Below are positions 12,531 to 23,221 of a DNA stretch of 64,000 nucleotides, in pieces (position 1 is the first letter of the stretch; every line of letters begins with the position of its first letter). The position numbers were made by a program, and so were the translations under genes. Below the pieces are notes generated by a model. It was not told the DNA's origin. It worked only from the letters and a program-made list of their open reading frames with translations, and did not search any database. This stretch comes from Desulfobacterales bacterium (GTDB taxonomy: Bacteria; Desulfobacterota; Desulfobacteria; Desulfobacterales; UBA11574): assembly GCA_046484425.1 (NCBI GenBank), contig JAWOIY010000023.1:27771-91770 (forward strand), given 5' to 3'.

Positions 12531-15032
12531 ATGAGCATAAAAAGCATTCAAGACATCTTACCGTTGATAGAACAACCCAGTCGATATCTTGGTTCTGAGG
12601 TTAATACCATCCGAAAAGATCACGGTACGGTAAAATTGTGTTTCGCCCTTGCCTTTCCGGATCTTTACGAAATCGGCACATCCCATTTTGGGCTTCAGAT
12701 ACTGTATCATATCCTAAACAGTCACCCAGAAATCGCTGCTGAAAGGGTATTCGCACCGGCACCCGACATGGAGGCTTATCTCAGATCATCCGGACTTATT
12801 CTTGCTTCGCTGGAATCTAAAAAACCGCTTAACGAGTTCGATATCATCGGGTTCAGCCTTCTTTACGAGCTTAACTATACAAATATTCTTAATATGTTAG
12901 AACTGGCCGGCATTCCATTTCTTGCGCGGCAACGGGACGAATCGTTTCCTCTTGTTATCGCAGGAGGCCCCTGTATGTGCAACCCGGAACCCGTTGCCGA
13001 TTTTTTTGATGCCATTGTCATTGGGGACGGGGAAAATGTAACTCAAAGGTTGTGCCGGTCTTGGCTTGGATGGAAGGCGGATGATTGTAACGATAAAGAA
13101 ATCCTTTTGAGACAATGGTCTAATATCGAAGGCGTCTATGTGCCTGGATTTTTTAAACCGGAATTTGATCGTTATGGATTTCAGACAGTTAGGCCGATAT
13201 TCCCGGCTTATGATAAAATCAAAAGAGCAGTGGTTCGTGACCTGAATGAAGCCTCCTTTCCGGATACACCCATTATTCCATTTGGAAAACCTGTTCATGA
13301 TCGGTTAAGGCTTGAACTGTCGAGAGGATGCACCAGAGGGTGTCGATTCTGTCAGGCAGGGATGATCTATCGACCCGTCCGTGAGAGATCTCCGGAAAAG
13401 CTGCTGTCGCTATCCGATGCTTCCGTTGCTTCAACCGGTTATGAGGACATATCATTGTTATCCTTAAGCACCGGGGATTACAGTTGTATTCAACCCTTAA
13501 TGGAAAACATGATGGCTGTGTATGCGAATCAGCGCATTTCAATATCCTTTCCTTCTCTAAGGGCGGGTACCTTAACACCCAAACTTATGAGTCTCGTCAA
13601 GCAGGTCAGAAAAACCGGCTTTACAATCGCACCCGAGGCGGGAAGCCAACGGCTTCGAGACGTTATCAACAAGAACATAACGGAAAAAGACATCATCGAT
13701 ACCGTTAATGATGCATTTATTCTGGGTTGGCAGATCGTTAAGCTCTATTTTATGGTCGGTCTTCCCACAGAGTCAGAAGACGACTTGACAGCGATTGTTG
13801 ATCTGGTGAAAAAACTCAAAGCCGTCAATTGGAAAAATGGACGGAAAGGTCGAATCAATGTAAGTATCGCAACCTTTATTCCTAAAGCGCACACGCCCTT
13901 TCAGTGGTCGTCTCAAATATCTTTAAACGAATCGAAACGTAAAATAACATGGTTGAAGAAGAAGCTAAATATGCCGGGCATTCATTTAAAATGGCAGAAC
14001 CCCGAGGTCAGCATTATTGAAGGGCTTTGGGCACGGGGGGACCGACGTCTTGGCCGTTTACTGATTGACGCATACAACAAGGGATGTAAATTCGACGGTT
14101 GGAGCGATAATTTTAGATATCGATCCTGGGAAGCGTCTTTTTTAGATAAAGGCATTGATATTGATTTCTATACAACACGCGTTAGAAATATGATGGAGCC
14201 GTTACCATGGGATCATATCGATACCATGGTTTCAAAAGAGTTCTTAACCAGCGAGTGGAAAAAAGCTACAAGGGGCGAGGGTACAACAGATTGCAGAAAG
14301 GGGGATTGTAACCAATGTGGCGTTTGTGATTTTGAAACCATTGAGCCCAAATTGTTTGATGACTGTAAAGAAAGTGCTTTCAAAAAAGTTGTGAAGAACA
14401 CGAATAACAATATCGGCCATAAAAAACTGGAGATCTCCTTTTCTAAGCTCGATCAGGGAAAATATTTTGGGCATCTTGAAATGATGAGGATTTTTTTACG
14501 TGCAATCAGGCGTGCTGGAATACCGGTTAAATATTCAGAAGGATTTCATCCGAAGCCGATGATTTCCTTTGACGATCCCCTTCCCATCGGTATTGAGGGT
14601 TTGAACGAAAAATTTTATTTGTCCGTAATCGGAAACGTCAAACCGCCATCGGTTACAGAAGAATTAAACAAACACCTTCCAAAGGGATTGCGTATTCTTA
14701 CGTGCCGGCTTGCGCAGGAAAAACCTTCGGATAAGACATTTTCACCTGCGATATATATCGTAACAAAAAAGGACGATGGTTTTGATGAAGGAAAAATAAA
14801 TCGTTTTATCAAGGGCCATGAATTATTGTCTACACGGACCACCCGCAAAGGGAAAACAAAAACGATAAACTTAAAAGAGATGGTGTTAAATCTATCGTTG
14901 CTTGCACACAACCGGATAAAAATGACTCTTAAATCAGAACCGGGAAAAACAGTGAGACCTTTTGAGGTTCTTGAAAACATTTTCGGATTGTCTGAAAAAG
15001 AGATAAAGCAAACAGCGATTGTTAAGTTATAA
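12531..15032 (+). CDS. TIGR03960 radical SAM protein fused to a TIGR03936 domain
   Basis: QPSRYLGSE, FPDLYEIG, RGCTRGCRFCQAG, APEAGSQRLR; C-terminal GHLEMMRIFLRAIRR and SEGFHPKP; conserved position upstream of rng. Confidence 0.9.
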   Translation: MSIKSIQDILPLIEQPSRYLGSEVNTIRKDHGTVKLCFALAFPDLYEIGTSHFGLQILYHILNSHPEIAAERVFAPAPDMEAYLRSSGLILASLESKKPLNEFDIIGFSLLYELNYTNILNMLELAGIPFLARQRDESFPLVIAGGPCMCNPEPVADFFDAIVIGDGENVTQRLCRSWLGWKADDCNDKEILLRQWSNIEGVYVPGFFKPEFDRYGFQTVRPIFPAYDKIKRAVVRDLNEASFPDTPIIPFGKPVHDRLRLELSRGCTRGCRFCQAGMIYRPVRERSPEKLLSLSDASVASTGYEDISLLSLSTGDYSCIQPLMENMMAVYANQRISISFPSLRAGTLTPKLMSLVKQVRKTGFTIAPEAGSQRLRDVINKNITEKDIIDTVNDAFILGWQIVKLYFMVGLPTESEDDLTAIVDLVKKLKAVNWKNGRKGRINVSIATFIPKAHTPFQWSSQISLNESKRKITWLKKKLNMPGIHLKWQNPEVSIIEGLWARGDRRLGRLLIDAYNKGCKFDGWSDNFRYRSWEASFLDKGIDIDFYTTRVRNMMEPLPWDHIDTMVSKEFLTSEWKKATRGEGTTDCRKGDCNQCGVCDFETIEPKLFDDCKESAFKKVVKNTNNNIGHKKLEISFSKLDQGKYFGHLEMMRIFLRAIRRAGIPVKYSEGFHPKPMISFDDPLPIGIEGLNEKFYLSVIGNVKPPSVTEELNKHLPKGLRILTCRLAQEKPSDKTFSPAIYIVTKKDDGFDEGKINRFIKGHELLSTRTTRKGKTKTINLKEMVLNLSLLAHNRIKMTLKSEPGKTVRPFEVLENIFGLSEKEIKQTAIVKL

Positions 15033-15057
15033 GGAAAATGGAAAATCAGGATAATAT

Positions 15058-16587
15058 ATGTATAAAAAAATTGTCATCAATGTTGCGGATCATGAAACCA
15101 GAGTGGCCCTCGTTGAGGATGGAAACATCGCCGAACTTTTTATAGAACGCGGAGATGCTTCTGATATCGCCGGAAATATATACAAAGGAAAAGTGCAGCG
15201 TGTTCTGCCGGGCATGCAGGCCGCGTTTGTAGATATAGGGCTCAAGCAGGCCGCTTTTATTTATGTGAGCGATGTAATCGGTCGAGATTACATTCCAATT
15301 GAGGATTTCTTAAACAATGACAGCGGTGCGGAGGAAGACAGCCCTTACAATTCTTATCTTTCTTCGATTCCTAGAGATAGGCATATTGAAGACCTTATCA
15401 CAGAAAGCCAGGAAATCATGGTTCAGGTTGCCAAAGCGCCTATCGGCTCAAAAGGGGCTCGCCTGACAACACATGTATCCCTTCCGGGCCGATTTCTTGT
15501 ACTCATGCCCGCTTCAGAGCATATTGGGATTTCCAGACGTATTGAAGATGATACGGAAAGGAGTCGTCTAAAGGCTATCGTTGAGACCATCCGTGAGGAC
15601 AATTTCGGTTATATTATTCGAACTGCGGCAGAAGGTGTTCAGGAAGAGAAGCTCAAATATGAGATGGGTTTTCTCAAAAATTTATGGGAGAGTATTCAAA
15701 AAAAATACAAAACATCTCCTGCGCCATATCTTTTACACAAGGAAATGCCAATCAGCCTCCGTGCTGTTCGGGACCTTTTGTTACATGAAGCTGAAAACCT
15801 GATCATCGATTCCCGCAAGGGTTACGAGTCCATTTTAGGCTTTCTTGACACATTTATGCCGAGCCTTAAAGACTCTGTGGAGCTTTATGATGGCTTGGAG
15901 CCGATATTTGACGCATTTAATTTAGAAGCCGATATTTCGCGGGCCATAAAAAATAAGGTATGGCTTAAATCTGGTGGATATATTGTGATCGAACACACAG
16001 AAGCTCTGGTAGCCATTGATGTAAACACCGGACGGTATGTCGGCAAATATAACCTGGAAGAAACTATTTTAAAAACCAACCTTGAAGCGGTTAAGGAAAT
16101 CGCCTATCAAATTCGTCTTCGAGATATCGGTGGTATCATCATCATCGATTTTATCGATATGGAAAAAAAATCGAATCAAGAAAAGGTGTTTAAAGCGTTA
16201 ACAGAGGCGCTCAAAAAAGACAGAAGTAAAACCCACATCCTACCCATATCGGAGTTCGGGTTAATACAGATGACCCGAAAACGGATTCGCAAGCCGCTTA
16301 CAAGGATGCTGTGCGAGCCTTGCTTTTATTGTGATGGAGAAGGATATCTGATCTCCAAACAGACAATATGTTATAATATTTATCGGGAAATCCTTCGTGA
16401 CTCGCGAGACATGATCGGGGTCAAGGTCAGCCTTAGGGTGAACCCTGAAATTGCGGAGCTTCTTTATGGTGAAGAAAGCCATATCATCGTTGCTGCCGAA
16501 CGGGTTATCGGGAAGCAGATTGTCATTTACCCCGATGCCAAGCTTCATGTGGAGGAGTTTGAAACATTTGAAATTATTAAAGAATAA
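15058..16587 (+). CDS. rng: Ribonuclease G (Rne/Rng family)
   Basis: GNIYKGKVQRVLPGMQAAFVDIG, KGARLT, AIDVNTG, GGIIIIDFIDM, CFYCDG. Confidence 0.93.
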   Translation: MYKKIVINVADHETRVALVEDGNIAELFIERGDASDIAGNIYKGKVQRVLPGMQAAFVDIGLKQAAFIYVSDVIGRDYIPIEDFLNNDSGAEEDSPYNSYLSSIPRDRHIEDLITESQEIMVQVAKAPIGSKGARLTTHVSLPGRFLVLMPASEHIGISRRIEDDTERSRLKAIVETIREDNFGYIIRTAAEGVQEEKLKYEMGFLKNLWESIQKKYKTSPAPYLLHKEMPISLRAVRDLLLHEAENLIIDSRKGYESILGFLDTFMPSLKDSVELYDGLEPIFDAFNLEADISRAIKNKVWLKSGGYIVIEHTEALVAIDVNTGRYVGKYNLEETILKTNLEAVKEIAYQIRLRDIGGIIIIDFIDMEKKSNQEKVFKALTEALKKDRSKTHILPISEFGLIQMTRKRIRKPLTRMLCEPCFYCDGEGYLISKQTICYNIYREILRDSRDMIGVKVSLRVNPEIAELLYGEESHIIVAAERVIGKQIVIYPDAKLHVEEFETFEIIKE

Positions 16588-16726
16588 ATAGCTTGAGTTT
16601 GAAGCTTGACAATGCTGTCATCTTATGATTTATAAATTCGGTTTAATAAATAATTCGAAAAATAACACTTTTTAATTTTTCAAAAATATTGAAAAATCTA
16701 TGGTGTCTGAATAAGGATTTAAAATT

Positions 16727-16861
16727 ATGAAGCGAACATATCAACCAAGCAGAATTAAACGAGCAAGAACACACGGGTTTTTGAAAAGAATGTCAACAAA
16801 ACAAGGAAGAAGGGTTATTAACCGTCGCAGATCAAAAGGTAGAGCCCGTTTGTCAGTATAA
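16727..16861 (+). CDS. rpmH: 50S ribosomal protein L34
   Basis: Below the ORF-track length cut-off; manual translation gives [44 protein letters not shown]. Confidence 0.97.
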   Translation: MKRTYQPSRIKRARTHGFLKRMSTKQGRRVINRRRSKGRARLSV

Positions 16862-16921
16862 ACAGTGTTGCTCGATAGAGGAAATATTCAAATAACTACG
16901 GGTTGAGCAGAGGAGACGCTT

Positions 16922-17275
16922 TTGCGCTGCTGTTATACCAAGGCTGACAGAATATTGAAACGCTCCGAATTTCTTAGACTGTCTATCCAGGGGAGAAAAA
17001 TACAAAATAGATATTTTATCGCCATATTCTCTCCGGGCCAATTTCAAAGAATTCGCCTTGGTGTCACTGTAGCGAGAAAAGTTGGAAGTGCCCCAATACG
17101 CAACAGGATTAAAAGATTTTCACGCGAATATTTTCGACTAAACAGGCACATGATAACAGGTTATTGGGATATCAATATTATCGCTAAAAAAGAGGCCGCA
17201 GAATTATCGTCGGAGCAGGCCTATCTGTCCCTTGAAAAAATTTTTAAAAATATTTCCGGGAGTAAAGAACATTAG
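16922..17275 (+). CDS. rnpA: Ribonuclease P protein component
   Basis: [29 protein letters not shown] (RNR motif); follows rpmH. Confidence 0.95.
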   Translation: MRCCYTKADRILKRSEFLRLSIQGRKIQNRYFIAIFSPGQFQRIRLGVTVARKVGSAPIRNRIKRFSREYFRLNRHMITGYWDINIIAKKEAAELSSEQAYLSLEKIFKNISGSKEH

Positions 17276-17492
17276 TAGAATATTTACGATACCGGTGCTG
17301 ATTTTTATTAGGGCATATCAATTAATATTGTCACCGGTTTTGGCTCCTGCATGCCGTTTTTATCCAACCTGTTCCGAGTATGCCTATCAGTCTATTTTGC
17401 GTTATGGATTTATAAAGGGATTTTTCCTCACTTTAAGAAGATTTTTAAAGTGCCATCCCTTTCATCCGGGAGGAATCGATCCTGTTCCTTAA
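17232..17492 (+). CDS. yidD: Membrane protein insertion efficiency factor (start uncertain)
   Basis: [25 protein letters not shown]. Confidence 0.93.
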   Translation: MKKFLKIFPGVKNISRIFTIPVLIFIRAYQLILSPVLAPACRFYPTCSEYAYQSILRYGFIKGFFLTLRRFLKCHPFHPGGIDPVP

Positions 17493-17673
17493 CACAGTGA
17501 AATTTGCCGTATTGAGGAATAGATTCGAAATATAGGGTGCCGATTCAAGACGAAAAAATAATATTTGCCTACCTTCTCGTAATCCTACAACTATTTTTAT
17601 CCTCTGAACCCGAAAGATACCAGAGATTCATTTAATCTGAACAGAAACTTTCATTTTGAATTTGGAGAGGACA

Positions 17674-19347
17674 ATGGAACACGCGCGATTATTTATTGCA
17701 ATAGCACTTTCCTTGCTTGTGTTTGTTGTGTGGAATTTTTTCTTTGTTGATAAACAAACGGACCAGCTTCCCACACAAGCCATTAAACCGGAACAACAGA
17801 CAAGTAAAAAATCAGAAATTCAGGAAAAAGAGAAGGTTTTAAAAGAAACGGCCACATTGAAAGAACCAGTGCCGCTAAAAGAAATAACTGCGGAGTCAAC
17901 GAAACCTTCAAAAACAATAACCGTAAATTTGCCTTTATACACAGTAAAAATTTCAGAGAAAGGCGCTGTGTTCAAGAGTTTTGTCCTTAAGAATTATAAA
18001 AAAGCAATCGGTGCGGACTCCCCCTTGCTGGAAATGATACCTCCTGATCTGTCCGGAGGAACCGTGAAGACCGGGTTCGCCGACAATAGCCTTCAGGGTC
18101 TTGATGACGCCGTTTTTACAGTGAATATGGAGAAGGATTCAGTAGATATCAAAAATAAACCCAAAGAAATCTCTTTTTCATGGAAATCTCCTCAAGGGAT
18201 TGTCGTTGAAAAGAAATTTGTATTTTCACCCAAAACCTATCTGATTGCCCTTGAGGTCAGCGTTAAGAACGGATCCGATCGAGCGATTAAAGACAATCTT
18301 ACCTTATCTCTTTTGAAAGCGTCACCGGATAACGGAAGCACGATCGGCTTCGAAGGCCCGAGTGCACTGATCAACAATAAACTCGAACAAATTGAGATTA
18401 AAAAGATAAAAAAGCAAGACATATACCCGGGAAACTTAAAATGGATTGCGGTCCAGGACCGTTATTTCATGTCTGCTATCATTCCTGAAAAACCTGTAGA
18501 TGCCAGTATGCACCTCAGCTTTGATGACAGAAAGATTCTAACGAATACGTATGTGCAGCCTGAACACACCATTGATCCTGATAATCTGCATGTGGTTAAG
18601 TTCAATCTGTTTTTTGGGCCGAAAAGCATGACGGTATTAAAATCATTAGGCTATGATCTGGTCAAAGCCGTCCATTTCGGCATGTTTGATATCCTCGCTA
18701 AACCATGTGTTTGGATTATGAACTTCATTTATAATCATTTTATTCCAAACTATGGTATTGCCATTATAATTTTGACCATACTTACCAAGATCATTCTTTG
18801 GCCACTTGGAAATAAGAGCTATAAGTCAATGGCCGACATGAAAAAAATTCAACCATTGATGGTGGAAGTCAAGGAGAAATACAAGGATGACAAGAAAAAA
18901 ATGAATGAAGAGATGATGGGATTGTATAAAACTTACAGAATCAATCCCCTGGGCGGATGCCTTCCGATGGTTGTACAGATTCCCGTTTTCTTTGCCCTTT
19001 ATCGGATGTTATATGAAGCTATAGAATTAAGACATGCTCCTTTTTTCTGGTGGATTAACGATCTGTCAGCACCGGATCGTCTTTTTCGGTTCGGTTTTAC
19101 CATTCCATTCATGCAACCCCCATACGGTTTTCCAGTATTAACCATAATTATGGGGGCAACCATGTTTTTTCAGCAGAAAATGTCGCCTCCAGCCGGTGAT
19201 CCCACCCAGGCCAAAATGATGATGATGATGCCCATTGTGTTTACGGTTATTTTTATCAATTTTTCTTCGGGGCTTGTTTTGTACTGGCTTGTAAACAATG
19301 TTATTTCCATGGCCCAACAGTACTATGTCACGAAGAAAAATATTTAA
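17674..19347 (+). CDS. yidC: Membrane protein insertase YidC
   Basis: NYGIAIIILT, NPLGGCLPMVVQIPVFFALY, WINDLSAPD, GLVLYW. Confidence 0.96.
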   Translation: MEHARLFIAIALSLLVFVVWNFFFVDKQTDQLPTQAIKPEQQTSKKSEIQEKEKVLKETATLKEPVPLKEITAESTKPSKTITVNLPLYTVKISEKGAVFKSFVLKNYKKAIGADSPLLEMIPPDLSGGTVKTGFADNSLQGLDDAVFTVNMEKDSVDIKNKPKEISFSWKSPQGIVVEKKFVFSPKTYLIALEVSVKNGSDRAIKDNLTLSLLKASPDNGSTIGFEGPSALINNKLEQIEIKKIKKQDIYPGNLKWIAVQDRYFMSAIIPEKPVDASMHLSFDDRKILTNTYVQPEHTIDPDNLHVVKFNLFFGPKSMTVLKSLGYDLVKAVHFGMFDILAKPCVWIMNFIYNHFIPNYGIAIIILTILTKIILWPLGNKSYKSMADMKKIQPLMVEVKEKYKDDKKKMNEEMMGLYKTYRINPLGGCLPMVVQIPVFFALYRMLYEAIELRHAPFFWWINDLSAPDRLFRFGFTIPFMQPPYGFPVLTIIMGATMFFQQKMSPPAGDPTQAKMMMMMPIVFTVIFINFSSGLVLYWLVNNVISMAQQYYVTKKNI

Positions 19348-19363
19348 TAACGGAGGTTTAATA

Positions 19364-20146
19364 ATGTCTTCCAGTTTGGAATTTGAAGAAAAGAATGTTG
19401 AATTGGCTGTCAAAAAGGCCTGTGAAGAATTAAACATACCCAGGGAAAAACTCAAACACGACGTTATTTCATATGGGTCAACCGGAATTTTTGGATTGGT
19501 GGGCACCAAAAAAGCACGGATTCGCGTCACTATACCGAAAGCATCCGAGGAATTTAAAATTGAGGATTCAGAGGCGGAAAAACGAACAATCACACCTTCC
19601 GATCAAGATTTGGAGGATGAAGGTTTTCAAGCAGATACCGTGATAAGCGATAAAGATGCTTCCCATTCAGATGATGATCCAATAGAAGTTGGCAAGAATG
19701 CCCTGCAGCACATTATCGATTTAATAACTACAGATGCAACAATATCGATTAACGAGAAATCAAACCGAATATTTTTCAAAATCGAAGGTGGAAACTCTGC
19801 CATTCTTATCGGTAAACGCGGACAAACGCTTGAAGCCATTCAATATATTATCGAAAAAATAGTAAATAAAAACAGGAAAGAACGGGTTGGAATCCAAGTA
19901 GATGTTGAAGGTTATCTGGAAAAACGGCAAATCAGCTTGGAAAAAGCAGCCACGAGACTTGCAGAGAAGGTAAAGCGAACCGGAAAACCAGCGACCATCG
20001 GCCAAATGAATTCTCATGATAGAAGGATCGTCCATATCGCCTTGAAGAATGATAGTATGGTTAGAACACAGAGTATCGGCGAAGGTGTTTTAAGAAAACT
20101 CGTGATCTTTCCGAAAAAAAATTCATCACGAAAGAAAAGTAACTGA
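19364..20146 (+). CDS. jag: Jag/EloR (KhpB) RNA-binding protein
   Basis: Jag-N domain, KH motif LIGKRGQTLEAIQ, R3H motif DRRIVH; GGAGG RBS before ATG 19364. Confidence 0.92.
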   Translation: MSSSLEFEEKNVELAVKKACEELNIPREKLKHDVISYGSTGIFGLVGTKKARIRVTIPKASEEFKIEDSEAEKRTITPSDQDLEDEGFQADTVISDKDASHSDDDPIEVGKNALQHIIDLITTDATISINEKSNRIFFKIEGGNSAILIGKRGQTLEAIQYIIEKIVNKNRKERVGIQVDVEGYLEKRQISLEKAATRLAEKVKRTGKPATIGQMNSHDRRIVHIALKNDSMVRTQSIGEGVLRKLVIFPKKNSSRKKSN

Positions 20147-20226
20147 CTCAAGCTTCAAATGTTTTTTCGTAGGATGACGGTCTTTCGGTATTCGCTTTCT
20201 ATATGATGTATTGAAGCCGGCGCTAA

Positions 20227-21654
20227 ATGTTAAAAAAAATGAAAAGTGATACTATCGCCGCCATTGCGACACCCACCGGCAGCGGGGGTATCGGGATTAT
20301 TAAAATTTCCGGTCAAGATGCCTTTTCAATCGCTGAAGCAATTTTTAAAAGATCTCGCGCTTCATTGTGTGCAGGACCGCCAGAGAACGCCCCAATCCTT
20401 TTCCCCTTAAAATCCCACCGACTATATCACGGGCATATTGTGAATCCTGAGACAGGCAAGGTGCTGGATGAAGTTCTTCTGTCGGCAATGAAGGCGCCCC
20501 GGACGTACACGAGAGAGGATGTTATCGAAATAAACACCCATTCCGGCTATGTTGTACTGGCGTCGATTCTCGATTTGGTTTTAAAAACGGGTGCCAGGCT
20601 GGCTGATCCGGGTGAATTTACAAAAAGAGCATATCTTAACGGACGCATTGATCTCACCCAGGCTGAAGCAGTCATTGATATTATCAATTCCAGAACCGAA
20701 AAATCCCTCGAAATCGCAACTTCACAAATAAAAGGAGGATTGAAAAAAAGTATTGAGTCCATAAGAACCTCGCTGCTTGACATTTTAACAGAAATAGAGG
20801 CTGCAATAGATTTTCCGGAAGATGTCGGAGACGTTATTGATGCCCAATCCGTTGTCAATGTTTTAGACAATTCGGTCATCGGTGAGTTGACGGGGCTCGT
20901 TGCGCAATATGAAAATGCACGTTATCTGAGGGATGGTCTTAAAATGATTGTTGTGGGAAGGCCCAACGTGGGTAAGTCGAGTCTTTTGAATCGTCTGATA
21001 CAAGAAGATCGCGCAATTGTTACACCCATCCCCGGAACGACAAGAGATTTAATCGAAGAAACATTGAATATTCGCGGGATACCGGTTATTATTGCAGATA
21101 GTGCAGGCCTGCACGATACGAAGGATCCTGTTGAGGTTATCGGTATAGAAAAGACCCATAAATATATGCACAGTTCAGATTTGATACTTTTCATGATCGA
21201 TGCAAGCGACCCCTTTACCAGGGAGGATCATAAAATATATCAGACAATCAAAGACAAGAGAGTGATACTGGTAATTAATAAAATCGATCTGGTTGAGAAT
21301 GTATCCGAACCTGAAATTCCCGAAGGGTGGGAAATAACACCAAGCATCAAAATTTCAGCTTTATATGGCATGGGGCTGGACGATCTCAAGGACTTAATCG
21401 CCGATCTCACTATTAGAGACCATCACCTTGAGATTCAAAATACGATTGTTCCCAATTTAAGGCACAAAATCGCACTTGAAAAAAGTTTAGAGATGGTGGT
21501 TTCTGCGAATAGAGAAATAGGCAAAGGGACATCATTTGAACTGATCGCCATCGATATTCAAGAAGCAATTGATCGTCTGGGTGAAATTATCGGTTACGTT
21601 GCCAGAGAGGATATTATCGATCAGATTTTTAGCCGATTTTGTATCGGGAAATGA
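20227..21654 (+). CDS. mnmE: tRNA modification GTPase MnmE
   Basis: DTIAAIATP, GRPNVGKSS, PGTTRD, DSAG, NKID, C-terminal FCIGK. Confidence 0.97.
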   Translation: MLKKMKSDTIAAIATPTGSGGIGIIKISGQDAFSIAEAIFKRSRASLCAGPPENAPILFPLKSHRLYHGHIVNPETGKVLDEVLLSAMKAPRTYTREDVIEINTHSGYVVLASILDLVLKTGARLADPGEFTKRAYLNGRIDLTQAEAVIDIINSRTEKSLEIATSQIKGGLKKSIESIRTSLLDILTEIEAAIDFPEDVGDVIDAQSVVNVLDNSVIGELTGLVAQYENARYLRDGLKMIVVGRPNVGKSSLLNRLIQEDRAIVTPIPGTTRDLIEETLNIRGIPVIIADSAGLHDTKDPVEVIGIEKTHKYMHSSDLILFMIDASDPFTREDHKIYQTIKDKRVILVINKIDLVENVSEPEIPEGWEITPSIKISALYGMGLDDLKDLIADLTIRDHHLEIQNTIVPNLRHKIALEKSLEMVVSANREIGKGTSFELIAIDIQEAIDRLGEIIGYVAREDIIDQIFSRFCIGK

Positions 21655-21670
21655 TGTTTCACGTGAAACA
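21655..21670. promoter_or_regulatory. parS: parS centromere-like site
   Basis: Perfect consensus palindrome TGTTTCACGTGAAACA immediately after the mnmE stop. Confidence 0.93.
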
Positions 21671-21713
21671 AATAGGTTCAATGATAATTATTTCAATGAT
21701 AAGGAGTTAAACG

Positions 21714-22448
21714 ATGAAAATGGACTTTGCGCCATATTTTGAAAAATACAAGGCACTTTCGGCACAAGCCGATAAATTGTTTGCCCAGGTAAAAGACGAA
21801 TTTCCGGAATGTATAACGTGTGAAATCAAATGCGCGGACTGCTGCCATGCCTTGTTTGATCTTACATTGATCGAAGCAATTTATATCAACCATCAATTCA
21901 ATAATAAATTTACAGGTGAGACAAGAGAGAAACTGATCGATAAATCAAACCGTGCCGATCGAAAGATATACATGATTAAACGAAAAGCATACAAGGATAA
22001 AGAGGCCGGAAAGAACGAGGTTGATATCCTAATGGAAATTGCCGCTGAACGTGTCAGGTGCCCGCTTCTCAATGACGATGATAAGTGCGATCTTTATGAA
22101 TATCGGCCCATCACGTGCCGGCTTTACGGCATGCCGACTTCGACTGGCAGCATCTCGCACACCTGTGGAAAGTCGGCTTTTGTTGAAGGCAGGCCGTACC
22201 CTACGGCCAATCTGGATATTATCCAAAAAAAGCTTTACGAAATTTCTGCTGAATTTGTCAACCGGATCAAGTCACGGCATGTCAAGATGGCCGATATTCT
22301 TGTTCCGTTATCCATGGCGATTCTTACAGACTATGACGAAAACTATCTCGGATTAAAAGACGAGAAGCAAACTCTCAAAGAGCAAGGAAAAGAGAATGAC
22401 TGTGATATCTCCGGAAGAAGAGGAAAAACGAAAAAGGGCTATTTTTGA
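21714..22448 (+). CDS. YkgJ-family cysteine-cluster (CxxxCxxCC) protein
   Basis: CEIKCADCC, CPLL...C.LYEYRPITCRLYG. Confidence 0.85.
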   Translation: MKMDFAPYFEKYKALSAQADKLFAQVKDEFPECITCEIKCADCCHALFDLTLIEAIYINHQFNNKFTGETREKLIDKSNRADRKIYMIKRKAYKDKEAGKNEVDILMEIAAERVRCPLLNDDDKCDLYEYRPITCRLYGMPTSTGSISHTCGKSAFVEGRPYPTANLDIIQKKLYEISAEFVNRIKSRHVKMADILVPLSMAILTDYDENYLGLKDEKQTLKEQGKENDCDISGRRGKTKKGYF

Positions 22449-22743
22449 TAGTATGTCGCCCAGGCGACAGAAGCACGTTTTAAAAAAAGGATACGAAAAA
22501 TGGGATCCTTTTCAGGAACCCAAAGATCCAATAGATATCAGAAAAGATAAGACAAAACGAACGACGCAAACGCTGGTCCGAGAATTTTTACAAACAAGGG
22601 ATATTCAGGAATACAGCAATGCATACGGAGGCGGTGTATTTGAGATTTGCCTTGGAATTATCAACGATGATGACAGGTATAAAGGGATGTTTGAATTTTC
22701 CATCTGGTACCATGAATTGCTGAAACGGGAGGGGCATGAGTAA
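22396..22743 (+). CDS. Conserved hypothetical protein
   Basis: 115 aa with AAGGA RBS, overlapping the YkgJ 3' end; contains YEKWDPFQEPKDPID. Confidence 0.7.
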   Translation: MTVISPEEEEKRKRAIFDSMSPRRQKHVLKKGYEKWDPFQEPKDPIDIRKDKTKRTTQTLVREFLQTRDIQEYSNAYGGGVFEICLGIINDDDRYKGMFEFSIWYHELLKREGHE

Positions 22744-22807
22744 TTATCACTTCCAACCGTTTAAGAAAGTTATTTATGATGAAATCCTCGAAGCGTTGGA
22801 AAACAGA

Positions 22808-22848
22808 AACCCGGTGTGGTTTATTTCACACCGGGTTCCGAATTTTTT
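22808..22848. terminator. Intrinsic terminator between convergent genes
   Basis: AACCCGGTGTG-loop-CACACCGGGTT stem (22808-22837) followed by a T-run. Confidence 0.75.
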
Positions 22849-22849
22849 G

Positions 22850-23167
22850 CTATTTTTTCATTTGCTGATTAAAGATGGCTTCGGCTTTGTTGGCCATATC
22901 TTCGGCCTTTTGTGCCGAGGCTGCTGCTGCAGCCGCGGCATTTTCAGCACGAGCAGCGGCATCATCAGCTTGTTTGGCCTGCTGAGCGCAATCCTGAGAG
23001 CAATTCTGGGCCAATGCTTTGGCGTCCTGAGCATCCTGGCCGGCCTGCTGAACCTGTTGTTCCAGGGCTTTTATTTGTGCCGTGCTTGCACAGCTTGTGA
23101 GTGTGAAAACCAACGCTAAGGATAAAATCAGACCCATCACCGTAATCACGTTTTTTTGTATTTTCAT
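22850..23167 (-). CDS. Lpp/OprI-like alanine-zipper lipoprotein
   Basis: GGAGG RBS, lipobox LTSC, Ala/Gln-rich coiled coil, C-terminal Lys (…QQMKK). Confidence 0.85.
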   Translation of the reverse strand: MKIQKNVITVMGLILSLALVFTLTSCASTAQIKALEQQVQQAGQDAQDAKALAQNCSQDCAQQAKQADDAAARAENAAAAAAASAQKAEDMANKAEAIFNQQMKK

Positions 23168-23221
23168 TGAATTGCCTCCTCCCAAATTAGTATTTTTTTT
23201 CACAAAACAAGAGTGTCACCA

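Noticed and set aside
16588-16726. AT-rich spacer upstream of rpmH as an alternative oriC
   Set aside because: It is short, shows no convincing DnaA boxes, and is adequately explained as the rpmH promoter (TTGACA at 16606).
22736-23119. 127-aa plus-strand ORF overlapping the upstream gene's stop
   Set aside because: It runs through a terminator and antisense to the Lpp-like gene; at most its first ~25 codons could be a remnant.
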